Part shown: piece by piece, positions 8,739 through 16,682 of the stretch
How the letters are laid out: each line of letters begins with the position of its first letter
How positions within the stretch are numbered: the first letter of the stretch is position 1
From: an uncultured Opitutales bacterium
GTDB lineage: Bacteria; Verrucomicrobiota; Verrucomicrobiia; Opitutales; Intestinicryptomonadaceae
DNA: 32,000 nt
NCBI GenBank assembly: GCA_934613415.1
Contig: CAKTSY010000002.1
Span: 150,001 to 182,000 of the forward strand
Direction of reading: 5' to 3'
The notes under the pieces: model-generated
What the model was told of the DNA's origin: nothing
The model's input: only the letters and a program-made list of their open reading frames with translations
Databases searched by the model: none
Made by a program: the position numbers and the translations under genes

Positions 8739-11064
8739 ATTGCGAAACAAAAACCGAAAAATCTTTAACCAAAATTTCGTCGCCCTTTTTCATATAGGCT
8801 GCCGAAAGCTGAAAGCCAACTTTTGTTGCGCCTTTGGGTGCGGTTTCGGCAATTTCAAATTCGGCAAAGTCTTTAAATTTGCAAGGCGAGGGCAGCGAAA
8901 CGTAGCTTCTTTTTAAGATTTTGTTGCTCTTGTCTAAAAAAAGGCAAAATAGCGACCACTGCGAGCCTACCTGCATTTTTGCCATTGCCGAAATTTTAAA
9001 AAGATAGCTTTTGTTGGGTTGGGCGTTTTCGTATCTAGAAATGCAAACCGATTCTGCCGCCGCAATCTGCAAACATTTGCCCACATTAAAGCGCATATCT
9101 TTGTAGACTTTGTAGCTTGCCAAAAATTCTTTGGGCATTGGCGAAAATGCGGCGTTGTTTGCATTTTTGTTTTTAAACGCGTAGTAAAAAAGGGGCTTTT
9201 TTATGGGGGCAATTTTTAGCGCGTCATTAAGTTTTTTGCTTTTTGTTTTTATTTCGCTTTCGGGCAAAAACTCTTTTATTTTTTGCGCAAACGCCAAATA
9301 CGAAATTGCAATTGGCCACGTTATTTGTGCTACGCCTTTGCAAATTTTGCCGTTCGACGAAATGTTTTGCTTTGCAGTTAAAACCCTTTGCTGGGCTTCT
9401 TCGCAAAGCTCTAAAAGTTTTAACGCCTCTTTTGCCGCAGCTTTGTCTTTTATTTTAATATTGCAAAGCTTTTGTTGCAGCCTGAATTTTTCTATCGAAG
9501 CCTTTGTAAATTCAAACGCCTTAGACAATTCGTAGACATTTAAAAACGCCTTGGGCGAATTGGGGGTATTTAGCGCGTTTTCCATGCAAAGCTGCATTTT
9601 TTGCAGCGTGCCTGCGCCAAAAAGAGAAAGTGAGCTTTCTTTTAAATATGTGCCAAGCCAGCGCGGTTGCCTTTTTTGGGTTGCCCAAACATTTTGCGCT
9701 GTGTCGAAAAATTCAACAACAAATGGGGCGGCCTTGCCGTACTTAAATTCAAAAAACTCCTTTTTTATTTCGTTTAAATTAGCGTCTGCACAGTTTAGCT
9801 TTTGCAGCACCGCATAAATCTTAAAATTGTCGTACTCCCAAAACGGCGTGTATTCGCCAAAATATATTTTTGCACCGCTTTTGTACGCTTGTTCAATGCC
9901 CTCAAAAATATAGCTTTCTATGTTGTGGGGTACGGCATAGCCTTTGCCAAAGCCGTAGTCGTATATGCCGAATGTATTTTTGCATTTTTTGCCCCATTCG
10001 GTTATTGCGGCAAAATCCTCAAGTTTGTAGTTCTCGTTAAAGTAGTTTTCCCTGTCGGTTGTAAATACCGGTATAAGGTTTTTTTCAAGCTCAAAGCTGG
10101 GCGGTTTTTCGCAAATTAGGTAGGCTAGGCACCCCAAATATTTGTCGGGATTTTTTTGCGAAATAATTTTTGCCGCCTTGTTTGTAAAATAAAAAACTTC
10201 GCCGCTTTTGTTCGGGGCATTCCTAAAAAAATATTTTTCGGCACTTTGCGGGTAAAGGCTTTCGTCGAAATTCGCGTCGTCGCAAATCGAAAGCGAAAAA
10301 TACCATTTGTCGGGGTTTTCTAAAAAATATTTTTCGGCATAATTTGCGGCATGGTAGGCTACGGTGTCGCTTAAAAAGTTTGGGTTTTCAAAACGCAGGT
10401 TTTCGGGGTTGCACGCTGCTATGGTTGCCCTAAATTGCGGGTTGGTTTTAAGCAGTTTTTTGGGGAATATGTCTTGCAGGCTATGCCCAAAGCCGCCAAA
10501 GCTTGGGTTGTTGCCGTTTAGTTCTAAAAACAGCTTAAATTCGGGCGCGGGGTTTTCGGTATAAATTTGTATAGAGCCAAATGCCGGCGTAAATTCTATG
10601 TCGAAATTCTTTATGTTTTTTAGTTGCGGAATAACCCATTCGCTTGGGGTAGGCCCAAAAAACCTAAAGCCGATTTTTTGCAGGAAAAAGCCTACGGCGT
10701 TTGTCGCGTTTTTGGTTTCCGGATAAAGGATTTTTATCTCGTTGTCGCAAACAACAAAGCGGTAGGTGGGCTGCTTTTTAAAATTATTTTTTAAAGCGTC
10801 TTTAAATGTTGGCGAATTTTTGTTTTGGGCAAGTTGTATGTTTATCGCATTTTCGCTTTTGCCTATTTTTGCTTTGTGCCCCAAAGTTTGCGCTGCAAAT
10901 TCAAATATTTCCTGCAGGGTTTTTGCCGCCGCCTTTTCGTGAATATCGGCTGTGTCGGCAGTGGTAATTTGCGCTGTAAATACGTTGTCTTTTACAAGGG
11001 CACAATCGGCAAATGCCGCCGAAAGCGACATAAACAACCCCATTGCCAAAAGCAGCGATTTCAT
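8737..11064 (-). CDS. Secreted hypothetical protein, DUF4838-like putative glycoside-hydrolase-related protein with a C-terminal beta-sandwich-like region
   Basis: ATG at 11064, 775 aa, N-terminal signal peptide MKSLLLAMGLFMSLSAAFA. The layout after the signal (short strand, then AAKTLQEIF..., then GFRFFGPTP..VIP...TPAF) resembles DUF4838 proteins as I remember them. The family assignment is tentative. Confidence 0.55.
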   Translation of the reverse strand: MKSLLLAMGLFMSLSAAFADCALVKDNVFTAQITTADTADIHEKAAAKTLQEIFEFAAQTLGHKAKIGKSENAINIQLAQNKNSPTFKDALKNNFKKQPTYRFVVCDNEIKILYPETKNATNAVGFFLQKIGFRFFGPTPSEWVIPQLKNIKNFDIEFTPAFGSIQIYTENPAPEFKLFLELNGNNPSFGGFGHSLQDIFPKKLLKTNPQFRATIAACNPENLRFENPNFLSDTVAYHAANYAEKYFLENPDKWYFSLSICDDANFDESLYPQSAEKYFFRNAPNKSGEVFYFTNKAAKIISQKNPDKYLGCLAYLICEKPPSFELEKNLIPVFTTDRENYFNENYKLEDFAAITEWGKKCKNTFGIYDYGFGKGYAVPHNIESYIFEGIEQAYKSGAKIYFGEYTPFWEYDNFKIYAVLQKLNCADANLNEIKKEFFEFKYGKAAPFVVEFFDTAQNVWATQKRQPRWLGTYLKESSLSLFGAGTLQKMQLCMENALNTPNSPKAFLNVYELSKAFEFTKASIEKFRLQQKLCNIKIKDKAAAKEALKLLELCEEAQQRVLTAKQNISSNGKICKGVAQITWPIAISYLAFAQKIKEFLPESEIKTKSKKLNDALKIAPIKKPLFYYAFKNKNANNAAFSPMPKEFLASYKVYKDMRFNVGKCLQIAAAESVCISRYENAQPNKSYLFKISAMAKMQVGSQWSLFCLFLDKSNKILKRSYVSLPSPCKFKDFAEFEIAETAPKGATKVGFQLSAAYMKKGDEILVKDFSVFVSQ

Positions 11065-11109
11065 TGCAGGCCGATTTTAAAAATTCCCTAATTTTGTGCG
11101 GTTAAAAGT

Positions 11110-11138
11110 AAAAAAATACGGCGCAATAACTGCGCCGT
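11110..11138 (-). terminator. Rho-independent terminator downstream of the UDP-glucose dehydrogenase gene
   Basis: On the minus strand: ACGGCGCA-gttat-TGCGCCGT followed by ATTTTTTT. It lies 10 nt after the stop codon. Confidence 0.75.
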
Positions 11139-11148
11139 TTTTTAAACG

Positions 11149-12519
11149 CTATTGCAAAACGCCAACGCCTATGGTGTAGACATTAAAGCCAAGCTTTTTA
11201 AGGGCTTGCTTGTCTAGGCAGTTTCTGCCGTCGAACACCCAGGCGGGCGACGCCATTTGCTCTTTTACTTTTGCGTAGTCTAGTTTAGAAAATTCCTGCC
11301 AGTCGGTTAAAACCACAATTGCGTTGGCCCCTGTTGCAGCTTCGTAGGGTGTTTTGCAAACCTTTATGTGTTTGTCTGTTTCGTTTGCGCCCAACGACGA
11401 GAATATTTTTTCGGGTTCAACTTTAGGGTCGTATACCGAAATATTTGCGCGCTCGTTTAGGAAATAGCGGCAAACGTCTATTGCGGGAGTTTCGCGAATG
11501 TCGTTTGTGTCGGCCTTAAATGCGTAGCCGAATACCGCAATTTTCTTTGTAGACATTGTGTTGAACAAGGCCTGGCATACGCCCTTTGCAAAGCGATATT
11601 TTTGGTAGTTGTTCATATCTACAACACTTTGCCAATATTGGGCTACTTTTGTAAGTCCATAATATTCGCACAAATACGAAAGGTTTAGCACGTCTTTTTG
11701 AAAGCACGACCCGCCGAAGCCAACCGAGCTTTTAAGGAAGTTTTTGCCAATTCTATGGTCTGCCCCAATTGCCGAGGCAACTTCGTATACGTTTGCCCCC
11801 GTAGCTTCGCAAAGCGCGCTAATAGAGTTTATAGAGCTTATTCTTTGCGCCAAAAATGCGTTTGCCGTAAGTTTGCTAAGCTCGCTAGACCAAAGATTTG
11901 TGGTTATTATCTTTTTGCGGTCTACCCAACGGGCGTATAAATCTACAACCGTGTTTACCGCCTTTAGGCCTTCGGGGGTATCTATGTCGCCGCCAATCAA
12001 AATTCTGTCGGGGTTGTTTAGATCGCTAATTGCGGTGCCTTCTGCCAAAAATTCGGGGTTCGAAACAATTTGGAAATCTTCGGGGTGTTCGGAATTTGCC
12101 AAAATAGACTTTATTGCCGCCGCAGTCTTTACGGGAACCGTTGCCTTTTCGACTATTATCTTTTTGCCTTTTGCGCACTTTGCAATTTGCATTGCGCAAG
12201 ATTCTATATACGAGAGGTCGGCCGCCTTGTTTGCGCCTTCGCCGAAATTTTTTGTGGGGGTGTTAACCGCCATAAAAATTATGTCCGACGTTTCTATAGC
12301 TTCGCTTAGGTTTGTGGAAAAGAAGAGATTGCGGTTTCTTGTTTCCTTAACTACATCGTAAAGCCCAGGCTCGTATACGGGCAAATTTTCGGAATTCCAC
12401 TGGTCTATTCTCGCCTGATTTATATCTACAACGCTAACGTGAATATCCGGACACTTTTGGGCAATAACGGCCATTGTGGGCCCTCCCACATAGCCTGCGC
12501 CTATGCAACAAATTTTCAT
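11149..12519 (-). CDS. ugd: UDP-glucose 6-dehydrogenase, eukaryote-like (UGDH-II) type
   Basis: 456 aa. Motifs seen: [79 protein letters not shown], and [12 protein letters not shown] (catalytic Cys). Confidence 0.9.
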   Translation of the reverse strand: [456 protein letters not shown]

Positions 12520-12589
12520 ACGTCAAACAAAGCTAAATAGTTTAAATATCTTTTCAATGTTTTTTTTGGCAAACAAAGCCGTTTAAAAC

Positions 12590-12622
12590 ACAAAAAACGC
12601 CCGCATTTGCACGGGCGTTTTT
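12590..12622 (-). terminator. Rho-independent terminator downstream of the lipoprotein operon
   Basis: On the minus strand: AACGCCCG-tgcaaatg-CGGGCGTT followed by TTTTGTG. It starts about 15 nt after the stop at 12638. Confidence 0.7.
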
Positions 12623-12637
12623 GTTGCAACACTTTAA

Positions 12638-13192
12638 TTACCAGCCAAAAATACCTTTGTCGGACTGCTTGGCAATCTGCTTTTGCCCCTGCCAAACTAT
12701 GGTAGAATTGTAGTTAAGCTCTAAAAAGAAAACGTAGGTTACTTCGTTTGTGTCTTCGTCGGAGTCTCTTAGCTCTATGATTTTGCCCGACATAGTTATA
12801 TCCGGCAAAATTTCGGCTCCGTTTAATTTGCGCTTGGCAAGCTCTTGTGAATATTGGTCGTCGCTTAAAACGCTTACTTTGCCGGAGTTTTGCAATGCAA
12901 TTGTAATTTGCGTTGTAAGCAAGTCGGTGTCTATCATATCGCTTGTGCGGTTTGCCACGCGGCTAACTTTCATTTTTAGCGGTAAAGGCGCGTTTATTTT
13001 TGCAAAGGCATTCGAGGCAAGCATATTGTTTACAAGCTCGGCTGCAGCTGCGTTCCAGTCGGCCATATTTATTTTTTTTACGGTAATAACGCTTCTGGCT
13101 CCGCCCGATTCAACATAGCGCGCCTTTTCGCTTGCGCACGAGCAAAAAAATGCGGTCAGCAACAGTGCAGATAAAATTTTTAATGTTTTCAT
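12638..13192 (-). CDS. Lipoprotein, LpoB-like (penicillin-binding-protein activator LpoB / COG3417-type fold)
   Basis: 184 aa. Signal peptide with Cys (LLTAFFCSCAS). The core pattern MKVSRVANRTSDMIDTDLLTTQITIALQNSGKVSVL...ITMSGKIIEL...VTYVFFLELN matches the LpoB-family consensus as I remember it. Confidence 0.55.
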   Translation of the reverse strand: MKTLKILSALLLTAFFCSCASEKARYVESGGARSVITVKKINMADWNAAAAELVNNMLASNAFAKINAPLPLKMKVSRVANRTSDMIDTDLLTTQITIALQNSGKVSVLSDDQYSQELAKRKLNGAEILPDITMSGKIIELRDSDEDTNEVTYVFFLELNYNSTIVWQGQKQIAKQSDKGIFGW

Positions 13193-13217
13193 AATTTGTA
13201 GTGTTTATATTATATGG

Positions 13218-13616
13218 TTAATCGCGTACGTCGTTTAAGAGTTTCAGTGAAAAGTCGCAAACGTTCGGGTTCGACGAAACTGCATAAATATATTTTGTTT
13301 CTTTGCCTTCCAACGCTACTGTTTGCCACGGCGAGGAAGTGTCGTCTACAACCATCTTGTTTTTGTCTAGCCAGCAAAATCTATAGTTTATTGTTTTGTA
13401 CCCGGTTGAAGTGTTTGTGATTTTTGCCTGAGCCTTAAAAAGCCCGCTTTCGGTTCTTAATGTGGTAATTTCGCTAACTTGTGCATACGAATCTAAAAAG
13501 GGATTGTGCACTATGCTTTGGTAGGTGCCGTCTTTAGATTTTTCTATGGTGTTTACCGTGTCGCAGGCTGTTAAAAGCGCGCTTAAGGCAAGCAAAGAAA
13601 TTGTAAAAATTTTCAT
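13218..13616 (-). CDS. Lipoprotein, YcfL/DUF1425-like
   Basis: 132 aa. Classical lipobox LLTAC. The motifs AQAKITNTS...INYRFCWLDKNKMVV...WQTVALEGKET are typical of the DUF1425 (YcfL) family. It ends 25 nt upstream of the LpoB-like gene. Confidence 0.6.
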   Translation of the reverse strand: MKIFTISLLALSALLTACDTVNTIEKSKDGTYQSIVHNPFLDSYAQVSEITTLRTESGLFKAQAKITNTSTGYKTINYRFCWLDKNKMVVDDTSSPWQTVALEGKETKYIYAVSSNPNVCDFSLKLLNDVRD

Positions 13617-13669
13617 AGCTTAAAATTTTAGGACTGCTTTTTAATAATGCAAAATAAATTTCGCGCCGT

Positions 13670-15064
13670 TTAAAACTCCATATTTCTTACATATACTTTC
13701 GAATTTGCCGAAGTTTTCCTTATAAAAACAATGTTGTTTTTTGTAAGGTTTAAGCGCAAAGGTGCGTTTTCTATTTCTATAACTGCGTTTTGAGGGGTTT
13801 CTATTTGGGCTATATAAACTTTTTTGGGCAGATTTGTCCACGTTCTAAGGTCGGCATTGTTTGTTGTGCTTTGGTAGATTGCTCCTCCTATGTCTACCAA
13901 AATTCCGTAGTCGCCAGCGGCTTTTTTTGCGAAATATTGCCCCATAGATTTTGCCGCCGCCGAAAGCATTGTCCTTAAAATAACGTATGGCAAATTTTGC
14001 ATAAATTCGTCCTCAATAATTTCGTCGAAATCGGCAATTTGTTCGAGATTTACTTTTTTTGAATTTGCAACAATGTTCAAATTTTCGCTATAGGAATTTT
14101 CTTTGCTTAGATATGGGAAATTTACAGAAACGTGCGGCAGGTTTTCGTCTATTAAAAACAGCGGCAAGTTTAGCCTAATTTGCCTTCTTTGCGGCGCACA
14201 GCCCGCTTCGTATACAATGTAGGTATGCTTTTTTGTGTCTGCATTTTTGCTCGCAAAAAGCGAGTTTGCGCGCGTTTCGGCGCTTGCCAAGCACCCAGCC
14301 AACGCTTTAGACTTAAAGCCGCTTTTTTCGAACGCAAGCCTGAAAAAGTCTGCAGCTCTGTTTGCGTTGTAGGTGTCGCTGCCCGCCGCTGTATGCACAA
14401 TGCCCGCAACAAAATAGGCATATGGGTTTGCGTTTGTATTGGGCTTTATTGCCTTTATTTCGCTAAAATCTTTGCCGTAAATTCTTTTTAGCTGAGCTGC
14501 AATTTGCGGGTTTTCGAATGTGTAATCGCTAATGTTTTGGTTTTGCATTTGCGCGCCAAGCTGTGCGTTTTGCGCAGAGCTTTTTGCGTTTATTTGGCTT
14601 TGTATGTTTTCAAACCTTTTAATTTCTACTGCCGCCTTTTCGTAGTCTTTAAGCTCTGCAAAGTTTAACGCCTGATATGCGCAAAGCATAATCTTGTCGT
14701 AGTTATAGCCCTTGTATGGCATATAGGCTTGGTTTGTCAAAAAGGCAGTGCCTTCGTCCGAAAGAGATATTTCGGGCTGGCTTGAATAGTAGTCTATTTT
14801 TTTGTAGGCACTTTCAAATGCGTTTGTGCTTATGTCTAGTTTGTTTGCCGCGCGGGCTGCAGCCCCTAGCTGCAGATTGTATATAACCGCGTCTTTAGAA
14901 TTTGCATATTCTTTTGCGGATTCTTCGCACAAAGCCGTAGCTTCGTTAAAATTGCCCTGCATAAAAAGGGCGTGCTGGCGCGCGTTGCTTTCGTTATAGG
15001 TTGCGCACCCCGAAAGCAGCGTTGCCGCCAAAAGCGATAATGTTGCTATTGCCCTTGTATACAT
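13670..15064 (-). CDS. Large lipoprotein with TPR-like helical N-terminal region (COG3014-like, function unknown)
   Basis: 464 aa, ATG at 15064, lipobox LLSGC. The N-terminal half is helical-repeat-like (LFMQGNFNEATALCEES..., ELKDYEKAAVEIKRFENI). Its size and its position upstream of the YcfL-like and LpoB-like genes match a conserved lipoprotein trio. Confidence 0.5.
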   Translation of the reverse strand: MYTRAIATLSLLAATLLSGCATYNESNARQHALFMQGNFNEATALCEESAKEYANSKDAVIYNLQLGAAARAANKLDISTNAFESAYKKIDYYSSQPEISLSDEGTAFLTNQAYMPYKGYNYDKIMLCAYQALNFAELKDYEKAAVEIKRFENIQSQINAKSSAQNAQLGAQMQNQNISDYTFENPQIAAQLKRIYGKDFSEIKAIKPNTNANPYAYFVAGIVHTAAGSDTYNANRAADFFRLAFEKSGFKSKALAGCLASAETRANSLFASKNADTKKHTYIVYEAGCAPQRRQIRLNLPLFLIDENLPHVSVNFPYLSKENSYSENLNIVANSKKVNLEQIADFDEIIEDEFMQNLPYVILRTMLSAAAKSMGQYFAKKAAGDYGILVDIGGAIYQSTTNNADLRTWTNLPKKVYIAQIETPQNAVIEIENAPLRLNLTKNNIVFIRKTSANSKVYVRNMEF

Positions 15065-15122
15065 ATTTGCAGGTTAAACGGGCTTTAATGGTAAAATTTG
15101 CACTTTGGCTTTCAAGAAAATT

Positions 15123-15152
15123 TTGGCGGCACAAACCCGGTTGCGCCGCCAA
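15123..15152 (-). terminator. Stem-loop between the efflux operon and the lipoprotein operon; a possible weak terminator or attenuator
   Basis: TTGGCGGCACAA-acccgg-TTGCGCCGCCAA: a 12-bp stem with one mismatch. On the minus strand it is followed only by AATTTTC, so read-through is plausible. Confidence 0.4.
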
Positions 15153-15173
15153 TGTAAGCATATTGTTTTTTGC

Positions 15174-16682
15174 CTATTTGCTTTGCTCGAAAATGTCTTG
15201 CGCATTTTCAAGAGCGGATTTTTCTGGGGCTTTAAATTCCCACGAGCCGCCTAACGCGCGAATTAACTCTACTGCATTCCTATATTCTTTGCCGCGGTTT
15301 TCCAAAAGGGCAAGCTTTGCCGAAAGGGCTGCGGCATGCGATTGGCACGCCTGAAAATAGTCTATAACTCCCGCTTCGTATTGGTCTTGCGTGATTTTGT
15401 CGGCTTTGTTGGCGGCATTGTATGCAAGCAAAAGCTGCTTAGACCTTTGTTTTGTGTGCGAGCTTTTTGCCAGCGCATTTTCGCATTCTTTTACGGCGTT
15501 TAACACTTTGCCTTTATAGTCTTGCAAGGCGGCTTGGTGCTTTGCCAAAGCTGCCCTTTTTTGCGCCTTAAGCTTGCCCGCCTGAAACAGCGGTATGTAT
15601 ATTTGCGGGCTTACCCCCCATGCAAACGAGCTTGTGTTTAGCAGTTTCGAAAACGCGGTAGATTCGGTTCCCAACGAGCTTGTAATTGAAATTGTCGGGA
15701 AAAACGCGGCGTTTGCAGCCCCTATGCGGCGGTTTGCGGCAAATACCATACGTTCGGCTGCGGCAATGTCGGCGCGGCGCTCGAGCAGCTTAGATGGAAC
15801 TTCTAGCGGAATTTCGGGAGGGTTGTTTTTTAGCGGGGCAACCTTAATTTTTATTGCCGAAGGCGTTTTGCCCAAAAGGGCTGCCATTGTGTTTTTGGCT
15901 ATGGCAACGCTTTCGTTTAACTGTGTAAGTTGCGCTGCAGTAGAAAACTGCAGGGCTTTTGCCCTTTCCAAATCTGCAAGGCTTGCGCTTTGCATTTCGC
16001 ACCTGCTTGCCACAAATTTTGTTTGGCTTTCCCTAAGTTTTAGGGTGTTCTTTAAAACCGCAATTTCACTTTGCATTTCGGCAATCGAAAAATATAGGGC
16101 GGCCACTTTTGTCTGCAGCGAAAGCAGCGCGTTTTCGTATTCCATTAAAGCCGATTGCGCTTCGGCTTTCGAAGCCGCCAAAACGCTGCGTATTCTGCCG
16201 AACAAGTCGGCGTCCCAAGTTAGGGTTGCGCCCAACGCCCAGTCTTCGAAGGCATTGCCGAGCGGACGCACAATAGAGTGGTCGCCAACTTCGTTTTTAA
16301 AATAGTAGGCGCTGCCAGAGGCATTCGGGTATAGATGGCTGCGCGTTATAGCGGCTGCCTCGGCTGCCTGCTGCACTTTGTAGTAAAGCGACATTATGTC
16401 GGGGTTGTCGTCTTTGCAACTTTGCATATACTCCGACAATACGGGGTCTTTAAAGACATCGTACCACTGTCCGCGGCTTAAAGTATCCTGCGGGGTTGCG
16501 GTTTTCCATTGCCCTTTGTCGTGCGAAAATTTTTCGAAATTAAAAACTTCCTTTTCGCCTATGCTTTGGTTTGGGTTTTCGTATTCGGGGGCTACCATGC
16601 ACGCGCTGAGCGCGAAAATGGGCACAATAGCCAAAAAGTTTTTTAGGTGTTTCATTAAATTGTCTCTTTTATTTTTACGCAT
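15174..16682 (-). CDS. RND efflux outer-membrane factor lipoprotein (NodT/OprM/TolC family)
   Basis: 502 aa. Lipobox FALSAC, two TolC-like repeats, and the typical start YxxP...W (QWKTATPQD...WYDVFKDP). The ATG at 16682 overlaps the RND stop by 8 nt. An alternative ATG at 16655 (MKHLKNF) is also possible. Confidence 0.85.
   Translation of the reverse strand: MRKNKRDNLMKHLKNFLAIVPIFALSACMVAPEYENPNQSIGEKEVFNFEKFSHDKGQWKTATPQDTLSRGQWYDVFKDPVLSEYMQSCKDDNPDIMSLYYKVQQAAEAAAITRSHLYPNASGSAYYFKNEVGDHSIVRPLGNAFEDWALGATLTWDADLFGRIRSVLAASKAEAQSALMEYENALLSLQTKVAALYFSIAEMQSEIAVLKNTLKLRESQTKFVASRCEMQSASLADLERAKALQFSTAAQLTQLNESVAIAKNTMAALLGKTPSAIKIKVAPLKNNPPEIPLEVPSKLLERRADIAAAERMVFAANRRIGAANAAFFPTISITSSLGTESTAFSKLLNTSSFAWGVSPQIYIPLFQAGKLKAQKRAALAKHQAALQDYKGKVLNAVKECENALAKSSHTKQRSKQLLLAYNAANKADKITQDQYEAGVIDYFQACQSHAAALSAKLALLENRGKEYRNAVELIRALGGSWEFKAPEKSALENAQDIFEQSK

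Noticed and set aside
11744-12361. A 205-aa plus-strand ORF, plus the shorter ORFs 11698-11940 and 12070-12309, antisense to the UDP-glucose dehydrogenase gene.
   Set aside because: It lies entirely inside a very confidently identified gene on the other strand. The translation is low-complexity (S/A/F/I-rich) with no motif. Long antisense frames are expected when sense-strand codon bias removes stop codons from the opposite strand.
15595-16305. A 236-aa plus-strand ORF antisense to the outer-membrane factor gene.
   Set aside because: Same reasoning as above. It mirrors the Ala/Leu-rich TolC-like coiled-coil coding region, has no start context or recognisable domain, and is fully embedded in a confident CDS.
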